64,000 nucleotides of DNA, from assembly GCF_009914755.1 (NCBI RefSeq), contig NC_060934.1, one strand, 5' to 3'. The position numbers and the translations under genes were made by a program. The DNA comes from the human T2T-CHM13v2.0 reference genome, Homo sapiens. Below, in pieces: positions 42,053 through 54,795 of the stretch (position 1 is the first letter of the stretch; every line of letters starts with the position of its first letter). The notes under the pieces are model-generated. The model saw only the letters and a program-made list of their open reading frames with translations. It ran no database searches and was not told the DNA's origin.

Positions 42053-42804
42053 TCAGCAGCTACTCTTAATTAAATATTTCAATATTCATTTATTTAAACA
42101 TCTTTTCAATAAACAGTCAAGGTGTGTCCACTATAAACTAGACCTGAATAAAGATGATACTATTACTTTTACAGATTCCTGGAACTATGAAAGGTAACAT
42201 GAAGTTATAATACAGCACCATCTTAGGCAAATGCAAGGTTGTATTTGAGGCGCTGTGGAAATAAGGTAGATGAACTGTGTCTCAGAGGGATTGCCAAATG
42301 CTCAAATGGATTGGGAAATGTTTTTCAATTAACATGTAAATTGAAAAACACTTGAAAGAAATACTTTCCTGCATCATCAAATAAAAATTCCTCTCAGATT
42401 TCTTCCTCTGTACATCTCAATTTGGAATGATTTACCAGTGTTTGGGTATGCTTTACATACAACTTTGTTAAAATTTTGAAATATAGATTAATTAGCTTAT
42501 TCAGTAAATATTCATTGAATGAATGCTATAGCACTCCTTGTTCTAGCCCGACACAGTGCACAGAACAAGACAGTCTAGATCCTTGTTTTTATGTGGGATG
42601 GAAAACAATGAACTGAAAATGTTGTGATGCTGAAAATTACATAAAGGGAAAGAACAAAGTGGTGGGATAAAGAGTGAGTGGAAGGAGGTGGAAGTAACAT
42701 TAATAAAATTGGTACTGTAGACTGAGTGGTCATGAAAAAAAACTGTAATGATAGGAAGTAATCATGAAGTAAAAGGAACATTTAGGCAGCGGGAAGAACA
42801 GATA

Positions 42805-42878
42805 GGACAATATATTGACATGCTGGAAAAACAAAGGGCTGGACAATATATTGACATGCTGGAAAAACAAAGGGCTGG
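42805..42878. repeat. Perfect 36-bp tandem duplication
   Basis: ggacaatatattgacatgctggaaaaacaaagggct at 42805 and 42841. Confidence 0.97.
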
Positions 42879-43074
42879 TCTAGAGAAGGGATAGTGAACG
42901 AGGGAGAGAGTGAGGTAGCAGATGAAAGCTGGAGAGGAAAATGGGGGAGAGGCTATACTGAGGAAGGGAGGGGATATTAGGAGATGAAGGCATAGACATA
43001 AAGGAGATCAATTTGTAGGTGATTTCAAGTACTGGTAATAATTTTAGAACATACTCTATTTAGAAGGTATTCTA

Positions 43075-44245
43075 GTTTTGCTTAACCCATATGCAGCATT
43101 TGACCTTGTTAATTTCTCCTTCCTCATGGAAACCCTTTGCTGCTTGGCTTTCAGACACCACACTCTCCTGGTTACCTCCATCTTCACTGGCTGCCCCTTC
43201 TCAGTCTCCTTTGCTGGCTCTTCCTCATCTTCCAGTTTACAATGGAGTGTCTCAGGGCTCCGTCTTCAGACTTCTTCCCTTTTCTATTTACATTCACTTC
43301 CTCCATGATCTCACTCAGTCTCACGGCTTCAAACAACATCTGTAACAGAATGACTACCAAAATTATATTTCCAGCCTCTACCTCTCCTTTCAAATCCACA
43401 TTTAAACATCCAACTGCTTACTTGGCATCTTGGCTTGGATGTGCAATCTGCATCTCGAATGCACCCATCCTAAAACCAAGTTTCGTGATATTCTCCCCTA
43501 AATCTCTTCTTCCCTTAGACTTCCTTATTTTAAGTAATGGCTGTTCCAGACTTTCAGTTGATCAGACTAAAAACCCTGGATCCATCCTTGCTCCCTCTGT
43601 GCCCCCTCCTCACAGATGCTGAGCATGTTTTCGGCTCACCCAGTTCTAACATTTCACCTAAAGTAGAGCAGTAGAGTTCTAAGTGGTCTCCCCACCTTGG
43701 CCTTTGTTCCCCTTCAGACAATCCTCATCGCAGTAGCCTGTGTTCCTTCTAAACCCTAAGCCAGAGCCTGTCTCTTCCCTGCTCAGCACCGTACTCAGAG
43801 TCTACAAGGACTCAGGCCCTCCCTAACCTAGACTCTGTCATCTCTCTAACATCATCTTGAATTCTCCCCACCTCTCTCACTCTGCTTCTTGCTGTTCCTG
43901 CACTTGCTTTTTCTGCTCCGTGGAATGCTATTACCCTCAAACTCCACCTCCTTTCTGACTCACCTTCTTCAGGTCTTTACTGAAAAGGCATCTTCACAAT
44001 AAGGCCTTTGCTGACAACCCTATTGAAAGTTGTAATGCCTCCAAACCCCATCTCCTTGCCTAGCTCCCTGCTTTATTTTTCTCCAAAGCATTTATCACTA
44101 TTTAACATGCTATCTGATTCACTTTTTTTTGGTTTATTATCTATTTCCCCTCATTAGAGTGTAAGTTACATTTGGCAGGGATTTTTGTCTGTCTATTCAC
44201 TGCCATCTCCCCAGCAATGAGAATAGTGCTAGGAACATACTAATC
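43075..44245 (+). mobile_element. L2a LINE 3' portion with reverse-transcriptase remnant
   Basis: Remnant NGVSQGSVFRLLPFSIYIHFLHDLTQSHGFKQHL corresponds to the RT motif GVPQGSVLGPLLFSIY; L2 tail tagagtgtaagtt...ggcagggatttttgtctg...agaatagtgc. Confidence 0.85.
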
Positions 44246-45294
44246 AGATACTAATATATGTCAAATTAAAAAGTGGGAATCTGTGCAAAAACTTAAAAGC
44301 AGGAGGTGACAAAGTCTGACTGTGCTTTGAGATGATCATTCTGACCACTCTGTAGAGAATGGATTGGGTGCAGCAGGGGTTGGAGTTGAAAATGTAAATA
44401 GAAACACCATTTAGGAAGCAAGAGCAGTAGTCCAAGTAAGAGGTAATGGTAGCTGGGACTAAGTGATATTAGTAGAGATGAGGAGAAGTGGATGTGTCCA
44501 AAATTTGTTTAGGGGGCTGACTTAATAACATTTATAATTACTTTACAGCCAGAATATATCTGGTTATTTCTATGTTGAACACAGATATACAGCTTCTCAA
44601 CTCTGATTGCTTTTTCTCCTTATACAAAGAATACTCAAATGAATGCTAATAAACTGGTTCTTGTTGGAGAGAGTTTAGGCAATGATCTAAGATGATTCCT
44701 AGATTTTCAGCTTGAATTACCTGGTAGGTGAAGGTATCATTTACTGAGAGAGAGATAAGGGTAGGAAACAATTTTAGGAATTATTTCATTTGAGGTACCT
44801 CTTAGACATGGAATAAATGAGAAAAAGGCAATCGGTTATATAAACATACCCTACAGTAGAGAGGTCAACTATAGTGATACAAATTTGAAAGTCATAATGT
44901 GTAAATGGTTTTTAAAACTGTGGAACTAGATAAGCTAATGCAAGAAGAAAATCAAGATGGAAGAGAAATGAGGGTTCTGGAACATACCAGCATCTAGAAA
45001 TTGAACAGAGGAGTCCAGCCAAAGAGGCTGAGAAGGAACATTCTGGAAGCATGGCATTTATTGAGAGGAAATTTTATTCCCCTCATTAGTAAACATGAAT
45101 TACAAAAAATAGTAATTATTGTATTTTGAATTTTGTATTTAGAAAATTTTGTATTTAGAAATGTATTTAGAAATGTATTTAGAAGATTTGTTTTTTCTCA
45201 TTATCTTTCATTTTGCTTCTTCCCACAAAGCCTAAAAGGACTAAAATATTTGCTATTTTGTCCTCATAGAAAAAGTTTGCTGACCCTACTTTAG

Positions 45295-45583
<289 letters not shown>

Positions 45584-46254
45584 TAGACTAATTCTTTCAC
45601 ATTGCTGAAAGATAAACTGAGACCTGGAAATTTTAGCTTGCTTTTCAGGGTTACCCAGAAGGAGATCTATGACTCAAAGCCAGGCCTGAATGTCTGGTTG
45701 CATTTCTATTCCAATATGCCATTCTGTATCTCTGTTGTGTACACAATAGGCTAGCAAATATTTATCTCATAAAATATGACAGAAACTTAATTATATTATT
45801 GAAATGTTTTTTCAATAAAATACTTAATAAATGCAACAACATTCCAATAGCAGAATATACTTGATTAATAGGATGTAATTTAGTGTTAATTAAAAGACAG
45901 CCATTTGACTTATTTAATTTAAATTCAATTGAGAGAAATCTATCTGTCTGACTGAACTGTTAAATTTTTTTAAATAGTGTAAAGGATTATGAAAATTACC
46001 CAAGTAATTAATGTCAATGAATGGTGTGCAATCCTAAGTGTTTAGATAGGTATCTTTTCTTGCTTGTACCTCAAACTAGAGAATTAATAATAGGTACCAG
46101 GGTAAGGTGGGAAATCATTTTGGGCTTGGGAATTAGTAGTTGGTACCATTCTTTTCTGTCGTTCTACATTCTCCAAATGTCTTCATTCCTCACACACTCA
46201 AAACTTACAAATTTCCCATAACCACATTTCTCAAATATTTACCATTAATTTTTC

Positions 46255-46740
46255 TGTATTGTTGTTAAATGCACACAGCATAAACTGTGCCATCTTAATA
46301 ATTTTTAAGTGTAGAATTCAATAATGGTAAGTATATTCACGTTGTTGTAAAGCCAATCACCAGAAACTTAATTTTGAAAACTGAAACTCTATACACATTA
46401 AGCAATGACTCCTCACTTTTTCTTCCCACTAGTCTCTGGCAACCACCATTCTGTTTTCTGTTTCTATGAATTTGATGGCTCTAGTTACCTAATATAAGTG
46501 GAATCAAACAGTATTTATCTTTTTGTGACTGACTTATTTCATGAATGTAATGTCCACAAGGTTTATCCATATTGTATCACAGGTCAGAATTTCTTTCTTT
46601 TTTAAGGCTGAATAATATTCCGTTGCATGTATTAAATATACATCATATATTGTTTATCCATTCATCTCTTGACAGACATGTAGGTTGCTTCCGCCTCCTG
46701 GCGATTGTGAATAATGCGGCCATGAACATCGGTGCACAAC
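46255..46740 (-). mobile_element. L1MB 3' end fragment
   Basis: ccatcttaataatttttaagtgta...ctggcaaccaccattctg...taaggctgaataatattcc...gtgaataatgcggccatgaacat. Confidence 0.85.
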
Positions 46741-48119
46741 CATTTCTTTTATAACCTGGATTACATGTCCTCAACTCTCACTGCTTTTCTCCTCAGAGCA
46801 TTTAAACTATTTTTCATGATATTTTTGACTCATGAGAATGATCTTTAAAGAAATGAAGAGAAGGCACCTCTCCATTAGGAGTGTTAAGCAAGTGTAGGAA
46901 ACCCTCCCTGTAAATGTCTTTTTTTGCTACCTTGACTAAGATTGGGGTGCCCATCCCTGGACCATTCTAAAAACACAATATTATTGAAGAAAGTATGGAA
47001 AGAGAAAGGGGCCCAGCATCAAGAAACACGTGTATAGGCTAATTGGGTAGATTTATTAGCACGTGGTAGAAACGTGTATAGGCTAATTGGTAGATTGGGT
47101 AGATTTATACCTGAGTCCCCAGGAAGCTATTGCAGGAAGACACTTTTAATAAATTGCCCATGTTTAGTAGTTGGCTGCAGGCAGGGCACAGTCTTGAGCA
47201 CCTGGCTAGGGAACCAAAAGTTAGACCAATGTGCTTAGAAAGTAACAAAACTGTACATTTTTATAAGTACAGCATTCATTATAAGCAAAACTTATAAAAC
47301 TTTGTAAATCTGAATTTATTATGAACTAGCCATAGATGAAGCCTCTCTGTGATTAGAAAGATGTGAATTTGAGTCTTGGCCCTCCTGCTAGCTATGACTT
47401 TTGACAAACCACTGAGCTACACTGAGCCTCCTATTCCTCACCTCTTATACAGAAATTATAATGCCTGCCTTGTGGGCTTATTTTGAGTACTGCAATACAG
47501 ATAACATTCAGTAAATGGTAGCTCTTTTTTCTACTTTGATATCTACAATTGTTAATGATAGAGGCTGAAGGTCAGGCTAAGGAAACTCTTCTTTTCTCAT
47601 GGGAACACACAAATTATCAATGCAAAAGAAAAATTTTAGTATTAGTAAAAATTGAAGTCCTAACTTAACATACACATACATGGAATCACAAATGTGACAA
47701 AATGTATCCATTATAAATGTCTTTTCTTCTGAAACTTTAGATGCTAAACATAGGTACTTTTGAAAAAATACACATATTCCAGGTTTGTGAGTAATTCAGT
47801 ATTTATAAAGCTGGTATTTAGACATTAATGCCATTTGGAGAAATGGTACTTTTCATTCTGTCTGTGCTTGGATTAATGTTATGCATCAGAGTCTAAGAAT
47901 CCCCTAAATAAATACCATATATTTCTGAATGTTGACTTTCTGATTCTGCAGCCAATCCTTTTAATGAATTTCAATGCACAATTCAAAGTCAGCATCCTAT
48001 TTCCTAAAAGCCCATAGTCAAATTGTGGACAGTTTCCTTAATGTGTTGAGGGTCCTAGTAAGGCACATACAGCTTATTAGTTGCTAATTGCTCCTATTCA
48101 GGAATGAATATTACTCAGG

Positions 48120-48431
48120 TTTTTTTTGTTTTCTTTTGTTTTGTTTTTTTGAGACAGCGTCTCACTCTGTCCCCCAGGCTGGAGTGCAGTGGCACAATCT
48201 CAGTTCACTGTACCCGCGCCACCCGGGTTCAAGCAATTCTCCTGCCCCAGCCTCCCAAGTAGTTGGGATTATAGGCATATGCCACCACGCCTGGCTAGTT
48301 TTTGTATTTTTAATAGAGACGGGGTTTCACCATGTTGGCCAGGCTAGTCTTGAACTTCTGACTTCAGGTGATCCACCCGCCTTGGCCTCCCAAAGTTCTG
48401 GGGTTACAGGCGTGAGCCACGGCACCTGGCC
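48120..48431 (-). mobile_element. AluSx/Sz SINE
   Basis: Full antisense Alu; accounts for the first half of ORF 48088-48717. Confidence 0.95.
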
Positions 48432-48919
48432 TCAGAGTATTTTTAAGAGAACGGTAAACATGAGTGTAGGAAAATGCAGGGAAATGACCCTTGAAAATGT
48501 AAATTTCTCTGGACCTGCTGTTCATGTCTCTGCTCCTGTGTCACCTTACAACCAATGTTTCAACCCTTTGGAGGAACAGAATGGATACAGATTACCTGTT
48601 CCATGTTCGTCAAGAAGGGGAAGTATTTTTATGGGGAATGTTGATTCTCATACACTTCAAGTCCAGTTAATCACCCATCTACATCGTAAGAGGGAAGGCT
48701 GCCTTGATCATCAATGAACTATATTCCTTTATGGGTATTCAGGTATTGTCTAAGAAACTGAAAGGGGCAGAATGGGACTTCATAAATAAATATGTTTATC
48801 CAACATATGTGTGTTGAACACCGGCATATGTTCCATCACCATGGTGAGACACAGTGATGTGTAGCCTGAAGTCCCATCCCAAAGTTTCTTAGTATTATGA
48901 GAGAGAAGATATACATAAT

Positions 48920-49100
48920 TATAGCTAATACTTATTGGGCACTTACTAAGGACATTTACGTATATTAATTTGTAATCTGCACAACAAGCTTTGAAGTTGG
49001 TACTATTAGTCTTCCCCCTCCCCATAATATTGAGGCAGCAAGGATTAGTCCTTGCTCAGGGTCACATAAATAGCCAGGAATTAAATCTCAGGAAATCTGA
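48920..49100 (-). mobile_element. MIR SINE
   Basis: atagctaatacttattggg...atttgtaatctgcacaacaa...cttgctcagggtcacat. Confidence 0.65.
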
Positions 49101-51025
49101 CCCTTCAAAACATAGTGATTCTCTTGCACACACACAAAAGCACTGTGGCAAAAAGTGATGGATATCAGAACATGGGAAGATATATTGAAATTGGGTTTCA
49201 GAAAAGGTATCCAGAAGGCTGACCTTCAAATGGGGCTTTGAATATTAGATAAGACCTGGATGTGAGGAGGAAAGTGAGGAACTGGAAAGGTTGGTAAAAG
49301 CTCAAGGTCTGTAAAGATATAGAAATTGCTATGGAGCATAGCATGCATGAGAGATTGTTGGTTGTGAAGAGGCAAGTTGCTCCAGCCCATAGAAGACTGT
49401 GAAATGCAAGATTTAATGATTATTACTTTATTTGGTAGGTAAAGGGCAGCCAGTGAAAAAATCCTCAACAGAAAATGGACATATTTTGAAGTGGTTCTTT
49501 AGGAAGATTAAGCTATATGTTTGCAGATGGAATTAGTGGAGAGACAGACTGAAGGCAGGGAAAAGTCAGGATGCTATTGCTTACTTAAAAGTTAAAATCC
49601 TAACTATGCAAAGAATAATAAAGGTTTAAGCTAGAACATTGTTAATGCAGACTGAGAAAGAGATGGATATCAGAAAATACAGATGAGATACAGTATCAAC
49701 AGAACTGAACACAGTAGCAGATTTCAGCAGAACAGTTCCTGAAAGGAGCCTCGAAAGATGTACTTGGTTTTTATTAGGTAGAAAGGAGGTAGGCAAACAT
49801 TCTTAGTGGAGAAAATAAGCAAATATTAGTTTCTGTCTTTCTTCAACTATTTTGAGAATACCCAGCCTTCAGAATCCTACCCTGGCACTGACTAGGATTT
49901 CTGTCTTATCAGTCTTGACCTCCCCTAAAATGATTATGAGATATCCAGTGGGTACTCATTATAGACCTGACGATTTTCAAATGGAGAGAATAACTGTGGG
50001 TTATTGGAAGTTATATATTCATGTCTCCTACATAATGAAATGATTTTTAATGCTGAATCAATGTTGGGTTTTTTTTTTAATTTCTCTTTTTTTTCCTTTT
50101 ATTAAAATCAGAAAAGTCTTTCAGAATGATTACTGATTCAGATATTTTAAGGGATTAAAAGTTTTTTTCTTACAGATTAACACTGTTCTACTGTTAGAAG
50201 TTAAAAGAAATCATGTAACTATGGCTAATATTTATCCTACACAGATTGCTTTTATGAAAGCATCTTTGTGTGTGTAAAAGTGCTCAAAATTGGGAAAATA
50301 CTTATACATTAGCCACCTGGTTAGAGTGGCTACAGAATATACAAGCGTATAAAGGCTATTTTATGTATTTTACATTTTTAAAATAACATCTATTACTTGT
50401 GGTTAGTGATCTTTCATTGCCTTTAATTTGTGGACACTTTCTAACCACCACTTGTGGGTCTTCAGGGAGCAAACCCTTTCACAGAAACTTTTATTTGCCA
50501 CCATGAAGACTGTGAGGATAGAGAGACAATTCAATATTTATCCTGTGTTTAACAACATCCTTTGAGAGTTGAAGCAAGACTTTCAATATGTAAAACCGTA
50601 GAAGAAAATAATCCTCAAATCCAACAACTCCCTAGAATTCTGTGGAGAATGGGTCAAATGGGGCTGTTCCAAGTACATCAAGTCTAGGAAGTACTTCCCA
50701 GCATATTTCACAAAAGAATGGCTTGAAACAATGTAACCCCAGAAAAATAAAGTAAAGCTCTAAGGGAAAAAATAAAGACTATTGGAGTGTATTCTTATGA
50801 GATATAGACTTATTCTCACCCAGTCGTCTGTGTCTCAGTAAAGTCATGGGCCTGACAAAGTCATCTCTTCCATTTTCTAAGTGCAGGACACAGATAGACA
50901 TTCTACCTTGCTGAATTCCAGTCTTTCCACATGTAAATTAAAGAAAATTATACCTGATTGACTCACATATATCATGGGGTACTGTGTGGGTCAGAATCAA
51001 AATAAGGTATGTTTTATAAACTGTG

Positions 51026-51126
51026 ACATATTATACATAGGTAAGATGTTATTATCTTGAAATGTAGTTGATAACATATTATACATAGGTAAGATGTTTG
51101 TTCTTATCTTGAAATGTAGTTGATAA
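51026..51126. repeat. 48-bp tandem duplication at the end of a MIR
   Basis: acatattatacataggtaagatgtt..ttatcttgaaatgtagttgataa at 51026 and 51074. Confidence 0.92.
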
Positions 51127-52609
51127 TACCCTATCTTTTCTACCTTGTAGACAGGTTGTAAAGACAGATATGGTAACAGATACCAAAACTAAAGGCTTGG
51201 AAAGAAAATATATAATCTCTCATTACCTTTTATTTAATTTTATTAACATAGTAATAATGAAGAAATCCCATCTGTTTTGGCCTTCACTCTGTGGGAAAAA
51301 ACTGAAGTGCTGGATTGATTTTCTTTTGACTCAAATAGAAGACTTAAATCTGGAAAAACTACACTTTAGCAAGTTGAGGATATATGACTAGGCTATATCT
51401 ATAACAAGGGGTGTTTAATTGTATATTCTTTCAGCATATTCCTACCTTGAAAGTGTAAAGGTATCATTTTTTTCTTTAAATGGAAGGCTAGGACTCAGAC
51501 TTTCATCCCTGAACTTGTTAAAGACATGATGTTTCAAACTGTAGTGCTTTGTTGATTCTGAAGAATATTCAAACATTTAATAATGGAGGCAAATTTGTTC
51601 CTATGACCTGCCCTTTAAAGTTCTCTATCCTGCTGGTTCCCAACAGAAACAGGTTCAATGCCAAGTAAGAGACTCAGAACAAAGCAACTTAAAATCAAAG
51701 CAGGGAGTAATTACATTTTTCATATTTTTATTTGTTCATTTTTCAGCGAAAGGCAAATAGCTAGATTATGTGCTGTCAAGTTTAGAAGCTCAATTAATTT
51801 TTAGATCAAGGCAAAGTACAGCATTTCAGTCAAAAATATTCATTGTTTCTCACTTACATGCTGAGTTGAATCACCTTAAAAGACATCAGCATAATATGGA
51901 TGTTTGAAGGCTCTTGAGATTCCTAAAGAAAAGAAAATGGGCTCAAAACAAAGAAAGTGCACTGATTTTAACAGGGTCCACATCAGCCATTCTGTTGATG
52001 CAGTTTTAACAATGATTACAAGAAGGTGCTCAGGGACTTAGCTGTACATATATTAGAATTATAAAAGAGTGGCACTAAAACATTTTGGTTGAAGAAATCA
52101 CTTCTTACTGTATCTGTAAGTTTAAAAGACTCTCCTCTTTAATATCAAGTAAGTAAACAAAATATTGGATATTTGATTATGATATAGTGAAGTTTGCCCA
52201 GGGATAATAAATTAATAGTGAGATAATATTTTAAATCCTGCCATCCTTTAATTGAGGCAGCAGCTAGACTTTAGAAATTCACACAAGAATGTAGATTGCA
52301 ACATAATCAAATTTCTAACTTTTGAATTCAAAAGTCTAGCCATGACCATAAGACAAAAGATTAGTAAGAAGAAAATCAGAGGAGTAAGTGGAAGCTCGTG
52401 TTCTCTGTCCCCTTGATTTCTCTATAGAGAACAACGTGAGTTGGGAAAGAAAAGAGTCAGAGGGAAACAGAACCTTCCAAAGAGCTACAGTACTTTGCCT
52501 CTGTCTCAGAGTTAAATAACTATGGGAGGGAATAGCAGACATGTTTGGGAGACCTGAAAGCAGAAGAAAACTGTTTCCTCTTTCCTAAGTGAGCCTGGAA
52601 ATGACTGTG

Positions 52610-52704
52610 CTGCATCTAGGACAAAGGGCTTGAGCTGTCCCACAGAGTCCCCTGCATCTAGGACAAAGGGCTTGAGCTGTCCCACAGAGTCCCCTGCATC
52701 TAGG
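52610..52704. repeat. Perfect 42-bp tandem repeat (~2.3 copies)
   Basis: ctgcatctaggacaaagggcttgagctgtcccacagagtccc at 52610 and 52652, partial copy at 52694. Confidence 0.97.
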
Positions 52705-54500
52705 CTTGGAGTGGAAGTAGTAGAATGGTTCCATTGCATTCAAGAGCAGCTAGGAGTTGATGAGGTCTTTTAGAGGCAGCCCTGGCAAAGTACCTGTAGC
52801 CTCAGTGTGGAAGAGAAGTAGCAGAAAATCCTGCTATCAATGAAAGTAGCACTAAGTTCAACAAGATAGCTGGTAGATGTGAATAGCCCTTTCTATTGGA
52901 AATATAATACAATCCTCCGTGCTCTCCTCAAAATACTTTGGTGCTATGGAAATCTAGCTCTAGGTACTACAGCTCCAGGTACTAAATACTAGGTCTGATG
53001 GGTGAGGTTAGAAATTGCCTGAGATCAAGTTTCTATCATCTGGCATTATGAGAGCTTGCAAAGTTCACAAAGAGAAAAAAGAGACTTTGCATATTTGCTC
53101 CTTATTTGAAATTTACATACGACAAATTACATTTCTCATAATAAACTAGGGAATATGTAAGCCCTGGGCCTTTCTGGAAACACTCCTCTAGCTTCCTTCC
53201 CAGTTCTTCATTCCTTGGGTTTGAGTTCTCTGTAGCTCACTGCCAAATCACTTTCTCTTTATCGTTACCCAGAAGCCTGTCTAATTCAAGCAATGGGTTA
53301 GACTCCTGTCTTCATGGTAGTTTTTATGATAACTTTATTTGATCATATCTACTCGAGTAAAACTCTTAATATACTTTAATAGCTTATGCCTTTTTCAAAG
53401 TACCATATTACCTTCAGCAAGCGGAAGAATCAGACACGTTGATGGAGACTTGTCATCATATGAGTATTTTAAATAGTTTGTAGTTACTACCCTCCGAGTC
53501 ACGCCCTTTCTCTACCTTGATTGGCTGAGTTTGTGCCTAAACATGAGTAGTCACACTCAACATACCAGAATGTCTTTAAAGGATATGTTGAGAAATTTCT
53601 TGCCTCCTCTTCCTTTTTCCTCCACCTATAACCCAAGTGCGTATTACTGCCACACTCCCGTTCAACACACCTCTACTTCAGCTTGCTTCCTTCAGAAACT
53701 GGGTTTCCTTATATAACTTCTTTGTGACAAAACATCTGTTTTTTTTTTTTTTTTGATTAACACAATATTCATTTTTTAACTTTTCATTCCAGCTGTTTGG
53801 CTTGGAGGAATCCTCAGAACCTAAGGAAAAATGAAGTCTCAGTCCTATAAGTTGAGTGAAGTACAGTGTTCCTTTGAGCTACCAAATTGTACTAGTTAAC
53901 CTAAAGTGACCTCTCTGGTTTTTAAGTGGCCAATTTAAACCACACTCTATAAAAGGGACCATACTATATAGCTTGAGTAAACTTTGAGAGTGGTGTCTAT
54001 AATTAGAATGCTATACCGAAATGACTTGCTGGCATGTTGTCATCTGTGCATACTGAATACATTTCCATAAAATTGTTTCAGTTAATTTTTCTTTGGGTTC
54101 CATCGTGGGGAGCCTGCAATTCACTGCCCTTGTACTTCTTCTACTGCCAATGAGTCCCTGTGAGCACCAGCACGTCACTGAGATCTTCTTAGCTACATGA
54201 GTGGTCTGCCCATGGTTTTTTTCTCATGCTTGTGTTGGGTAGGGGTGGCGGGGAAGGGAGAGAGTGGGAGATGGGAGAATCAAAGTTTTAAAAAAAGAAA
54301 TCTAAGTGTTGTTTTAAGCATTAATGCTAAGCTCCAGATATACCTCTTTCTCGGGGTGGTGTATTCTGCAACCAAGAATGCTGAACATTTAAAAATGAAG
54401 GTCAGGAAAAAAAAAAACTATGTCTTCATTTTAAAAAGTTTCCCATCCACTATTATTTCACTTCCCCCTGTCTTTGGTTACACTGGCCACTGCTTTAGCA

Positions 54501-54795
54501 CAGGGATTGAAAAGGTTTGTAAGTAAAGCCTTATGAGGTCTCAGCTGTAACTACTCAACTCTGCATTTGAAGCTAGAAACCAGAGATGACGTGTAAGTCA
54601 ATAGGCATAGCAGTATTCCAATAAAACTTTATTTGTGGGTACTGAAATTTGAATTTCATATAATTTTAACGTGATAAAATATTTTTGATTTTTTTCATCT
54701 TCTTAGTAATGTAGAAGCCATTCTGAACTTACAGGGTATAGGAAAACAGCAAGAGGGATGGGTTTGGCTCTCAGGTCACAGTTTGGAGACCCCTG
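54501..54795 (+). mobile_element. MER58B-like hAT-Charlie MITE
   Basis: cagggattgaaaa...aactactcaactctgc...ttccaataaaactttattt..actgaaatttgaatttcatataatttt...cagtttggagacccctg. Confidence 0.8.

Larger units (their letters stand above)
42495..45050 (-). mobile_element. Fragmented antisense L2 (~42495-43050, 44290-44520, 44680-45050) flanking a sense L2a
   Basis: Purine-rich antisense L2 motifs (gatcattctgaccactctgtagagaatggatt...gcagtagtccaagtaagaggtaatggtagc; gattcctagattttcagcttg). Confidence 0.6.

Noticed and set aside
43078-43622. Overlapping ORFs suggesting a reverse transcriptase gene
   Set aside because: Frameshifted L2 ORF2 relic; the YADD catalytic motif is lost
48088-48717. Longest ORF in the track (209 aa)
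   Set aside because: Non-ATG start; the first half is antisense Alu translation and the rest has no recognisable homology
52340-53100. Possible ancient LTR-like element around the 42-bp repeat
   Set aside because: Purine-rich and suggestive, but I could not identify termini or a family
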